A stretch of DNA of 64,000 bases from Tubulanus polymorphus. Its lineage: Eukaryota; Animalia; Nemertea. The notes below the pieces were generated by a model. The model searched no databases, was not told where the DNA came from, and was given only the letters and a program-made list of their open reading frames with translations. Position 1 is the first letter of the stretch; every line of letters starts with the position of its first letter. The position numbers were made by a program, and so were the translations under genes. Shown here one piece after another: positions 37,101 through 48,676 of the stretch. The stretch spans positions 7,162,451 to 7,226,450 of the forward strand of contig NC_134035.1 of the NCBI RefSeq assembly GCF_964204645.1, written 5' to 3'.

Positions 37101-40100
37101 AAACAACGAAATGAGGTCAAAAATCTTGTTACAAAATCACAAATTGCGCGTAAACTAAACATTTTGGAACAGAACGGTTGTAGATGAGTGTATAGATCAA
37201 CAGAATACATCATATTTTGAAATAAAAAAAGTGTCAGTTACCCTTTAAAAAAGATACGCCACCTTTAGGAAGGCGCCTAAAATGATTGGTGATTTTGTGT
37301 CATTGGCTGTAACTTTTTCATTTTTGAGATACAATTTAGAATTGTTCACTGCAGATTTAGTTTTATCTGAGGATTGTGGTGATACTGCATTCGTAAAAAT
37401 ATCTTCTTAGAAACGCGCGTGGCCACCGGTTGTCAAGCGCAAAGCTCGCGCTAGTGGTTGACGGTCGATTTTTCGCATACACAGATTACGCAATTTTCAT
37501 CGAAAATTACAAAATTTTAAAGTTTTTTTTGGATTAAAATCATAGTTTGATTATTTACATGTTGAATTGAGGGAGATCAAACGATGATTTTATCAAAAAA
37601 ATCAAAATGGCGCCTAGTAACTGGAAATTTCTCTTTTCTCATGCTCATGGCATTCACTACGATTGATTACTATATATGTTCACCAGGGGATGTTTAATGT
37701 AAAATTATAAGATTGACTAGCATTTCACCGAACGGGCACATGGTCCCTAGACCCTTGTGATAGTTCAAATGCAAAGTATATCACGTCAACATCTGGTCAT
37801 TTAATCTCAATCGGTTGCTTACTTTTCTTTTCTGGTGCTGGTGCAGGTGCTGAAATGAATAAAACGAGAATAGATGATGAATCGTATACAGTATTATTAT
37901 CGAGCTAAATGAAATGTGGTCCGTGTTTGCTAACGTTTTGGGCAGAGGTCATCAAAACCAGAAATGAGCTTTTTAACAGTCTCTTCAATGAATCCATTGT
38001 CCGCAGCGCTGCCAGAGAAAGCATCGGAGCTTGGGTTCGCCGCTAGTTTGAAGTTAGTCTTTTGAATATCGTTCGGTTCCACGATACGTCGTGGATCCTG
38101 AAGATTTATGACAATTCGCTTCACACCATTTTTGTTCAAGCCATTAGCTGCAGCCGTCAGGGCTGTTTGATTACTGGGGAATCCATCGAAGAATACTATC
38201 ATGAATTTTTCAGCATCAGCTCGACCTCCATACGCCTGCGACATGCTCTTCTGGTATGATTTTTTAATCGCCTCACCAGTTATTGATCCATGAATAGCAA
38301 CGTCCTGTAATTTGCAAAAGTATTATCAACTGAAAAGACAAAGGGACCTTTGCCATATATAAGTCATCAATGATTTTGATGATATTGAAACATATTTGAT
38401 TTCTATACAGCACTTACTGGCATTTTATTTGAAACGATGTCATTAAGAAGTTGTTCCTTATTGTCTGTGCTATTCAGAAGGATCGACTGTTTCCAGTTAT
38501 TTCCGTAGTAGTCAATACCAACGCGGAAATCATCTTTTCCTGCAAGAACAAATTTTCGTCATACAATTTTTTACAGCAACTGAAATAAGTTGATTTGTCG
38601 ATTGCAAGCGGTCTAACTGTCCTTAGGACGCATGACGAGTCGGAGCAGAATGGATCTCACTGAAATGATTTATAAGACGATGAGATTTGAGATGAAAATG
38701 ATTTTGTTAGATTTCTTGAGGTCAAACTCCGCCGGAAACGGACAGTTTAACGGTGGTAAATGAGAATAGGGAAGAAGAAGTAGTTTCTAGTTGAATTACT
38801 GGTACTTAGATAACTGTATTTCTTACTGAAAACTGTAATATCAAACCCTATATCATTTAATATCTTTTCTGCATTATGTTTTTCCATGTATGATCTTTTT
38901 AGACCTCCTTAATAAAACGTTTGAGTCAGGAGGATAAAGTTATATATTTTCTTATCTTATTTCAACTTGTTTTGTTTTACATTGTAGTTAATATTTCGTC
39001 TGGTTTTAAAGTGACCGTGTGAAATAAAGACTGCAGGGCGAATTAGTGAAACTGTTTGTCATCCTTTGGTCGTGTGTTATCTTCATGGCAAAATACTACA
39101 CCACGCTTCTGTTCATTATGTTTTTAACTACCGTAACGAAATTAACGAAGGCACGAAAGCAACAACTTGATGACACATTGCGGATGAATTGAGGAAACGA
39201 TCGTTTCGAGATGAGCTGCATTACCTATTGCTGGAATAGCAGAGACGTATCGTAATATGAAGCTTTTGATGTTTGCTTGTCTGGCATCATTTTGACTCAT
39301 CGATGCGTCCACTAGAAATATGACGTCACGTTTTCTTGGAACGCAAGCTGTGAATATTTGAAAAGAACAAACGTTTTTTTTTCATCATTCGCAAAAATTT
39401 GAAAACGACAGTGACATTACAATTCTCCTGCACAACATTGATAATAGTGATGATTTTGATAACGATTATAAGATGTATGGATTTGATGTTGAGTTATAGA
39501 ACTACAAAGGCCTTTGTGGATATAAGAATAACAGATCCCACAATGAAAAAATGTTTAATAGGTAGGTTTTAATTACGAAGGAAGAGAATTCCATAGAGCG
39601 TATAGAAAAAAAGAAGATTATTAGCTTGTAGTTGCGTTGACTCACGTGTCGGTGTCTTGTCCGGAACTAAGATAAATAAAACGGTACATAGAGTACATTA
39701 TCAATATCAATCGGGAAATATCGCTGTGTGTGCGATCAGCTTTTTCGTTTAGATTTTAGAATAATGAAAAAAACTTATTTCTAAACAATAAACCTAAATC
39801 GAACTACTCTGTCGAAATCTGTAAAAAGCACTTCATTTTCATGCGATTGTGTTCGATTCAAGAACTAATGAATATAGAATGAAACTCACGAAGTGAACAG
39901 ATTAATTTTGAAGTCATTCCAATCAGTGTAGCTTCCTTCAAGTCTGCGATTCTATCCAGCATCGTAATCCCAGAATTACCAATCACAGCCTTCAAATTAT
40001 CTGACGTAACATCCGGTCCAATGCCGAATGCATAACTGTATAAACAAAGGTCTTCTATGTATATCACGTATCTATAGCGGGTAATTTGGGTAAAGTAGAG

Positions 40101-41494
40101 TGATATCCAATGCCATTTGCAAAAATGAAATATAGCAGAATTTTGTTTTCCCCGCCTGTTTTTGCATCCAAGAAAGGAAGAATTACCGCGCAAAAACCAG
40201 AGATACCGAATTTTTATTTATGTCTACTACACGGCACGCACAAACGAACAAAAGTGGATGATAACACGGAAATTCGATTTTGTATTCGTTAATTTGCGTT
40301 TTTTTGCGTGGTAATATTTGGGTGAGTGGGCCAATGTTGGACTTTATAATCTAGGAAAACAAGGTATCCTTTTAGCCTAATTGAATTATATCGAAGTTGC
40401 CTTATAAGAAGCATATTACATCATCCATACAGTTTGAGTATGAAGTTTGAAAGAAACGTCTTCAACTTGTTTAATGATTTGGAAATAACAGAGACGATCG
40501 ATTTCTTTTAGTTTATATTTCGTTTTGTCATATTTCATACCCGTTAACGTTAGGGTCTTTAAATGTAGAACCAGCTGGTGCCGGAATATTCTTGTCGGTC
40601 AATAGGACAACGACTCTAGCGACACCTAAAATCAGAAAATACATTTTCCAGATGTGCTTGAAATTTGTGTTCTACAGAAATCAGAAAAAGTTCATTAATG
40701 AGGAAAGATTCATTACCAGATCTGGCTCCGTTACCAGATGTGAATAGATGATTATGGAGGAAATCACCAACAGAGATACTGGAATCAATCAGCGTGTTCA
40801 AATTGTCGATTGGATTTTTTGCGAAAGCTGTGTAGTTGAATCGGACTAACACCCCACTGTCACCGATATACCGTACGATGGCGATCCGAAGGTCTTTAGC
40901 GCCAAGATCGGACGTGGCAAGGAGTCGTCCAAAGACGGCATGCCCGAAACTTTGCAAATCCGTTGTGTTAGATGACGATGACGCGACCATTACAAAAGCA
41001 ACGTCCGCTTTCATTTTTCTATCGCATACTAAAAATGGGGAAAAATGTGTCCATCAACCAATAACTTATCACAATAATAGTATTTATAGTAGCTAGTCTG
41101 ATGTATAGAAGGCAAAATAACGCAAATGATTGATGTCTATTTCGATAAAAAAGAGGGAAAGCATGTCAGATATTTTCTGTGGAAAATATAATCATCACAA
41201 TAATAAATCGTTCTAAGGAATCAGAACCAGTTGAAGAGCCAGTTGGTAGTTCTCTGTTACAATTCGAATCAAGTATCAAAATGTTGGAAATGATCTCAAA
41301 ATCATTTCAATCTCAACCGATACCGTTTAACTGGGTGTTAAACGAACGATATCATTCTAGCGTTATCAATTGTGATATCTGTCACTGTTATTTTAGAAAG
41401 GTTCACAAAATGTTTATACATACATACCTTGACCTGCAGGAGACAATGTTTGACTCACTCCAACACAAGCAACTAATATCGCAATGATAAGCAT
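34191..41494 (-). CDS. Secreted triple VWA domain protein, paralog B
   Basis: It has the same 13-exon structure as paralog A. The signal exon is 41494-41428 (MLIIAILVACVGVSQT), VWA1 about 41028-39890, microexon about 39665-39645, VWA2 about 39347-37935, microexon about 37850-37823, VWA3 about 35592-34304, and the last exon GSGSAGAGAPGTK* stops at 34191. I saw no disabling changes. Confidence 0.85.
35724..37634. mobile_element. Non-autonomous DNA transposon in an intron of VWA paralog B, hosting a nested element
   Basis: Terminal inverted repeats gggacgtttccagtaaccaggcgccattttga / tcaaaatggcgcctagtaactggaaatttctc. It is absent from the equivalent intron of paralog A. Confidence 0.7.
35942..37244. 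mobile_element. Kolobok-like non-autonomous element (TTAA target-site duplication)
   Basis: TTAA|AGGGTAACTGACACTTTTT...AAAAAGTGTCAGTTACCCT|TTAA. Confidence 0.75.
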
Positions 41495-41717
41495 CCTGTA
41501 GAGAATAGATACCGATAAGATTCGTCGTGCAAACATTTTCTAAATCATGACCCTAAGATGTTACGGTAATTATAACTTCACCCAGTTTCCGTAATAAAGA
41601 TTAATTTCAATTGTTGTTTGAAAATGAGACGATTGTCATAAGCAACTGATCTCGCTTTACTGGTCCAAGAAAAAAATCAATTGTAAAATCATAAGTATAT
41701 ATTTGAAATAAAAGCTT

Positions 41718-41797
41718 ACTTTCTTGATCAGGTGTCCTTTTCTGACCGGTAGATCGGCTCAAAATGATGCAATTCTAATCGCACATGCCTATATAAA
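41718..41797 (-). promoter_or_regulatory. TATA box, Inr-like site and non-coding exon 1 of VWA paralog B
   Basis: On the minus strand, TTTATATAG is followed by TCATTT and the donor gtaagc. It is homologous to 30075-30150. Confidence 0.6.
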
Positions 41798-42559
41798 TCT
41801 ACATCAAAACCCTAAGGATTGAATTCGACCGTGATGCCACTTCAGCAGAACTTGCCATGGCAAGAAGCTTAACCTACTTGAGTGCATTTGTTTTGGTACT
41901 TACCACAATCTGTTAAGCGAGTACTCGCATTTCCAAATTTCTGTTCACACGTCTACCATATAGTAGTAACTTTGATATGTAGACAGCTGTATGAAAAAAA
42001 TTCAACAGAAATACAAAAAGATTTCTGCACATAGTTGCACTACTCATATACAGATTTGACGGGAAATGTATGTTATTGCCTCGGGATCGAACGTCGGAAA
42101 ATGAATTTGCAAAGTATAGAATTTAAACATCACTAAACAATTTTCAGTCAATAAAGAATATTTCATTTTAGATGGTAGCGATGTTCACGATAAAGTGAAC
42201 ACATGAACACATTTTCACTGACTGGGATACTAACCTAACAGGATGACTAATCACACATTGGCCTATTCTTACTACATGGCTCTGCGGATAGACAGGGATT
42301 TCAGTTTGGCTTTGGTTCTCCTCGCTGTCGGACGTGCTTGCTCGGTTGTGGTGGTTCACTACTTGGCTTTGGTCTGTACCATGTATTTCGTGTCTTCCTT
42401 TGTTCAGTCAGGAGGCCGTTGCCCGGGAGTAGCCCACTGTGTGGTCGTCCACTGTATTTGTTCAAAACATGTATCCCTTTGTATGTGGTCGTTCCTGTGG
42501 ACTGTGTGTCCTGTTGCCTGCTGTGTGCGACCTGAAGGGCTGTGTGCCCCGGTGTCCAC

Positions 42560-43358
42560 TGGGTGTGTACGCCAGCGACGATCGCGTCGCAACGACCAAC
42601 CGACCTACGCTGCCTTGCGACTGCCAGCGACAGGTTGCGACTGCCAGCGACGCCAGTCGCAATGAGTCGCACATGTTCTACTTACTGCGACGCGACCGTC
42701 GCAACCCTGCATCAGTAGACCGGGTGCGCAGGTACATGCGCAGCTTTCCGAACGAAAACTGGCGGCACCAATCAGATTGCTCGTTGTATAATCGTTGAGG
42801 CAAATTTCAAGGAAGAACTATAAATGGGAAAACCCGGGCTAAAATAAAACGGGATTTCTGATTGGCTAAAAATCACGTCATCTGAACTGCGCATGTATCT
42901 GCGCGCACGGTCGATTATGGCAGGGTTTCGTGCCGTGGCAATCTCGATGCCATCAGGTTCGAATCCCTGCCGGCGGAGGATGCCGACCTACGAGCTCTTG
43001 CGACTGGGAGCGACGCGGTTTCTTCTAGTAATACTGGGATTCGAACGCACAATGGTAATGAGATGCGTTTTGAAATAATTTTTTGAAGGCTCGATAAAAT
43101 TTCTTAATTTAATCTCCTCCATTTGGATTCACGGCGTTGCTTCGACCATAAAGACCAGTATTTATGCTTCAGGTCAAGACTATTACCATATAGTCTATCA
43201 ATCATGGAATGGAACCGGTGGGTGGGGTTAGGAATTGCCACATGACAACTAGAATCGCGGATCGCGTCGCTCCGACCTACGCGCTCTTGCGATTGGCAGA
43301 AACTAGTCGCACACAGTCGCCAATTATCACGTCGCAAGGCCGACCTACGCCCGGCTTG
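42560..43358. mobile_element. GC-rich MITE-like repeat (cgacctacgc / gtcgc motifs) interrupted by the tRNA-arm element
   Basis: ccgacctacgc recurs at about 42600, 42984, 43273 and 43340. One end reads cccggctt; the other end is unclear. Confidence 0.45.
42705..42980. mobile_element. Palindromic repeat with tRNA-like arms, copy 2 (reverse orientation, one arm truncated)
   Basis: Reverse complement of the core at 58690-58865. It ends in gatgccatcaggttcgaatccctgc. Confidence 0.65.
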
Positions 43359-46300
43359 AGGGCTTAAGGGCTGTATGTCCTGTTGCCTGCTGTTGTCTGG
43401 GCTGGAGGGCTGTGTGTGCCATGGAGTCTATGAATACCCTCCATTAGTTTTTTGACCATGTTACCAAGATGAAGCTAATCGTAGAAGTAAAATCTCTCAA
43501 GTTTTTGCTAGGGAATAAAACTTTACTTTTATCACTACCTGAAGGGAACATAAAAAGGAAAGACCAAAAAGGGTTTTTTCTATCATCGATATGAAATAAT
43601 AGAATGTTTAACATGGCAAGTCATTGTAAATTTACATCGAAGAACATTTTAGATTATCAGGAGCTGCAGATCATAGTTTCTACAAGTCAGCAAACACAAA
43701 CAATATAAAGTTCAGTTAGGATTCATATAAGATATTGTTTATTTCTTTCTCGGCAAACATAAATGCAGCCCTTTTTTTGGGGTTTCACCCTGAAATGGAA
43801 TTAAGACTTAGTAATTTGAAATCAATTTACAAAATTGCCGACAGCTTTTGAAATGTTCATCATTCCAGTGAAACACATAGATTAGTTAAAAACATGTAGT
43901 AGTTTTTAAACAGTTTGTCAGTTCGTTAGGGTTTCCCAGTTAGGGTCGGAGTGAAGGGTATGAATATACGAATGGACGCTGTTTGAATATTGATTTTTGT
44001 TTATATTTTGCATTTCATGGTGATGAAGTGGAAGAGTCAACAGTTTGCAGCTGGTGGTGGGGTGTGAAGTTCCTCCCCACTCATTCAAAGGATTTATACC
44101 GGATATATGACACAAAGATCGTTCGAGCATTCCTTCATGGCCAAACTTTGCAGAATATCGGCGAAGTGATGAATAAGTGCTGCTTGAATATTGGCTTTTT
44201 ATATATTGATGGTGAAATGGAGGGGTGCACAGTCTACAGCTGCTGCACTGTAAGTTCTAAGTTACTTATCCAGGTGATTTGTGGATATATGACACAAACC
44301 TTGTTTGAGTTTTCCCTTATAAACCTTATTCTTGGAGATCGATGAAGAGTTTGACAGCATACTTTTTTCGGGGCAGACATCAATGTGACCCATCCTCCTC
44401 TTTATCGACGAAATGACCATCTAAGATATATTGGAAAATTACAACGGTAATGCTTAAGTTATGTGTTATGAACTGAGCTAAATCGGACATTCGAATTGCG
44501 GGATTCGAACACCATCGACCAGAATTAATCGAGCGACGTTAATTGTAACGGAATTAAATGATAAATATCACTTTTATGTTTTCATTATAGACATTGACGT
44601 AATATCATCAGTACTCTAGAATTGACTACCGTCTTTTCTTTTTGCACTTAAGTTAGAAATTATCATCGAAATCAAAAGATGAAGGGTCACTTTTGAGTGA
44701 ACATGGGTTAGGTTTTAATACGTATAAATATATTTGAATAATCAACCATTCATCAGTCGCTGAACAATCTAAGTAGTTTGTCTACTAAATGCGTATCAAA
44801 TAATACAACAATTTATACACAATTCAGATCAAGTCACATTGGACAGAGATTAAGATTTAAGTACCGGTACGCTGTTTTTTTTTGTAACAGATGTAGTTTT
44901 GGCGGAAAGCGCTCGCTTCTTTTTCCAGGCTTTTTCGAGATAGCGGCGGTCTTTGGAACGATCATTTGGCCATCGGTAGATTTACTGAATTTGTCGCACG
45001 CTTTCGGTTGAAATTTGTGAAATTTTGATACGAGTATAGGTCCTTCTCGGCATCTGATTTCTGTCACCAAACCGCCTGGGAAACAACTAATTTTCGTAAT
45101 TTTGCTACTACAGTGTATGGCGTAATTACCTTGGCCATGTATTGCTCTGCGAATATCAGCATATTGCAATTTAACGATCTCGTGTAATTTTTCATGAATC
45201 AGCGTTTTGTCCAATAAAGAAGTTTCCAGTTTCTAGGCGCCATTTTGTGGCGGTCCCGCAAGGTCCCCATTGTTGCGATAATTTGCGCTCATTTTTAAAA
45301 CATAAGTTTAGATTGAATATCATATAGTTCTGCAGTCCCTTGCTCGACGAAATCAATTTACACACCATTTTAAAGGAAATGAAATGCAGATATTTGCTGG
45401 CGATTCTTGGAATTTTTGAACGCAACAATTGAGAACAGTGACGATGTGAAACCAAGGACCGTATATCTTAACCGTGCGTAAAAGAAATCGCAATATTTAT
45501 TAATTTTAAAATATCTTAGTATCTCTTAAAGCTATATTTCCTATTTTCACAGAGGTTAAAGAGGGTTATTTGCAGTTTAAGCCTGCGTTAAAATCTTTTG
45601 AATATCTTACCTGACGACTGATCTGTACCCGCTTGAGTTTGAGATTACGCGCAAAAGGGGTCTCCCACTGCGCATTGCAATTTCACTGAACATTGAGATT
45701 TGCGACAAGAAATTTTTAAATGCAATTTGATTTCTTCACATTTTCCATGGGGATATTTTGAGATGATAATCCATATCTTCTTTGTACCGTATTTTGGCGG
45801 GGGCAATTCGTTAATCTGGTTTCGGGATCCGGTTTGTCCCGCTATTGAAGTGTGAACGGCCCAGTTGAGGAATTGTCGTATACAGCCCGTCCAGCCTAGC
45901 GCCGATTTTGTGTTCGGTGAAATCAAACGTTTTAGAGTCGATGGTGAAATGTGCCAGTCAATTTAAACGCTTAGGACATATTTAACACATATCTCTCTCT
46001 GGTAATCCCTCATTCTTCGATCATACGATGAATTTAATGAATCTCAACCTTCTTGCTGGGAAACATCGACCAGAAAACCTTACTGATATAAAATTGCAAT
46101 ATAATATTTAAAGGGGTTCATATCTGTCCCCCATTTGATATTCTGTTTTAGGGGGTCAACGTCCAGTTTGGCAACTTTCAGCTGCGCCGCATATTCAAAA
46201 ATATATAAAAACTTAGATTTTTTTTCTAGTGTCCAACCATGAGTGGTACAATCGGTTGAAACGCAAATTAGGTTCTCAACTAGGCCACATTTGCAACCAA

Positions 46301-46851
46301 CACAGCAAGTCCCCACTCTTACAAGAAATCCTTTAATTTCCCAACGCTACAAAACTCGAATTCATCAAAACACTCAAAGTCCATTTTCAACCATACGAAA
46401 ATAAAGGTAATATATAACCATCAGAAGCAATAGTGATAATTACAAACCAGTATAAAATCTTATTTTTGCGATTTCTTTTCACAAATCTCAATGTTCAGTG
46501 AAATGGCGGTGTGCAGTGGGAGACCCCTTTTGCGCGTAATCTGAAACTCAAGCGGGTACAGATCAGTCGTCAGTAAAGATATTTAAAAAAATTCAACGCA
46601 GGCTTAAACTGCAAATAACCCTCTTTAACCTCTGTGAAAATAGGAAATATAGCTTTAAGAGATACTAAGATATTTTAAAATTAATAAATATTGCGATTTC
46701 TTTTACGCACGGTTAAGATATGCGGTCCTTGGTTTCACATCGTCACTGTTCTCAATTGTTGCGTTCAAAAATTCGGCTCAACTCCAGAACAGGTAAAAGT
46801 AGATCTGCCCAGGCTGAGTACATAGCACGTATTCTTCCGCGAGCCAGGTAG

Positions 46852-47346
46852 CCGACCTGTTTTACTCGTCGATAATTCCGACGATTTAGAATTGCCCACC
46901 TATTTTACTCGTCGACAATTCCGACGATTTAGAATTGCCAACCTATATTACTCGTAGACAATTCCAACGATTTAGAATTGCCGACCTATTTTACTCGTCG
47001 ACAATTCCGACGATTTAGAATTGCCCACCTATTATACTCGTCGATAATTCCGACGATTTAGAATTGCCCACCTATTTTACTCGTCGACAATTCCGACGAT
47101 TTAGAATTGCCAACCTATATTACTCGTAGACAATTCCCACGATTTAGAATTGTCGACCTATTTTACTCGTCGACAATTCCGACGATTTTAAATTGCCGAC
47201 CTATTTTACTCGTCGACAATTCCGACGATTTAGAATTGCCGACCTATTTTACTCGTAGACAATTCCGACGATTTAGAATTGCCGACCTATTTTACTCGTC
47301 GACAATTCCGACGATTTAGAATTGCCGACCTATTTTACTCGTCGAC
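46852..47346 (+). repeat. 43-bp tandem repeat, about 11.5 copies
   Basis: Unit ccgacctattttactcgtcgacaattccgacgatttagaattg. Confidence 0.95.
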
Positions 47347-48345
47347 ACCCTGATATAATGTGGCTGGGATCGAGGGGCTGTGTGTGTGCGTGGATTACCC
47401 TGATATAATGTGGCTGGGATCGAGGGGCTGCGTGTTTGCGCGGATTACCCTGATATAAAGTGGCTGGGATCGAGGGGCTGTGTGTTTGCGCGGATTACCC
47501 TGATATAATGTGGCTGGGATCGAGGGGCTGTGTGTGTGCGTGGATTACCCTTATATAATGTGGCTGGGATCGAGGGGCTGCGTGTTTGCGTGGATTACCC
47601 TTGAATAAGGTGGCTGGGATCGAGGGGCTGGGTGTGTGCGTGGATTACCCTGATATAATGTGGCTGGGATCGAGGGGCTGCGTGTGTGCGTGGATTACCC
47701 TGATATAATGTGGCTGGGATCGAGGGGCTGCGTGTGTGCGTGGATTACCCTGATATAATGTGGCTGGGATCGAGGGGCTGCGTGTGTGCGTGGATTACCC
47801 TGATATAATGTGGCTGGGATCGAGGGGCTGCGTGTGTGCGTGGATTACCCTTATATAATGTGGCTGGGATCGAGGGGCTGCGTGTTTGCGTGGATTACCC
47901 TTGAATAAGGTGGCTGGGATCGAGGGGCTGGGTGTGTGCGTGGATTACCCTTGAATAAAGTGGCTGGGATCGAGGGGCTGCGTGTTTGCGTGGATTACCC
48001 TTGAATAAGGTGGCTGGGATTGAGGGGCTGTGTTTTTGCGTGGATTACCCCTGATATAAAGTGGCTGGGATCGAGGGGCTGTGTGTGTGCGTGGATTACC
48101 CTGATATAAAGTGGCTGGGATCGAGGGGCTGTGTGTGTGCGCGGATTACCCTGATATAAAGTGGCTGGGATCGAGGGGTTGTGTGTTTGCGTGGATTACC
48201 CTTGAATAAGGTGGCTGGGATCGAGGGGCTGTGTGTTTGCGTGGATTACCCTTGAATAAGGTGGCTGGGGTCGAGGGGCTGGGTGTTTGTGTGGATTACC
48301 CTGATATAAAATGGCTGGGATGAAGGACCGTGTGTAGATTACCCT
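47347..48345 (+). repeat. 50-bp tandem repeat, about 20 copies
   Basis: Unit accctgatataatgtggctgggatcgaggggctgcgtgtgtgcgtggatt. Confidence 0.95.
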
Positions 48346-48412
48346 TTATAGATACAAACTGCAATCGGCATCAAGTGGCCGTGTCGTTGCTTGAAAATTA
48401 ATCTTCCCTTCA

Positions 48413-48676
48413 ACAATTCTAAATCGTCGGAATTGTCGACGAGTAAAATAGGTCGGCAATTCTAAATCGTCGGAATTGTCGACGAGTAAAATAGGTCGGC
48501 AATTCTAAATCGTCGGAATTGTCGACGAGTAAAATAGGTCGGCAATTCTAAATCGTCGGAATTGTCGACGAGTAAAATAGGTCGGCAATTCTAAATCGTC
48601 GGAATTGTCGACGAGTAAAATAGGTCGGCAATTCTAAATCGTCGGAATTGTCGACGAGTAAAATAGGTCGGCAATT
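48413..48676 (-). repeat. 43-bp tandem repeat in inverted orientation, about 6 copies
   Basis: Reverse complement of the 46852-47346 unit. Confidence 0.95.

Noticed and set aside
43980-44340. Ankyrin- or zinc-finger-like degenerate ~190-bp duplication
   Set aside because: Two imperfect repeats are visible, but there is no convincing protein motif or open frame.
46852-48676. CRISPR-like appearance of the regular 43-bp and 50-bp repeats
   Set aside because: The units are head-to-tail with no unique spacers, there are no cas genes, the context is eukaryotic, and they lie inside a TIR element.
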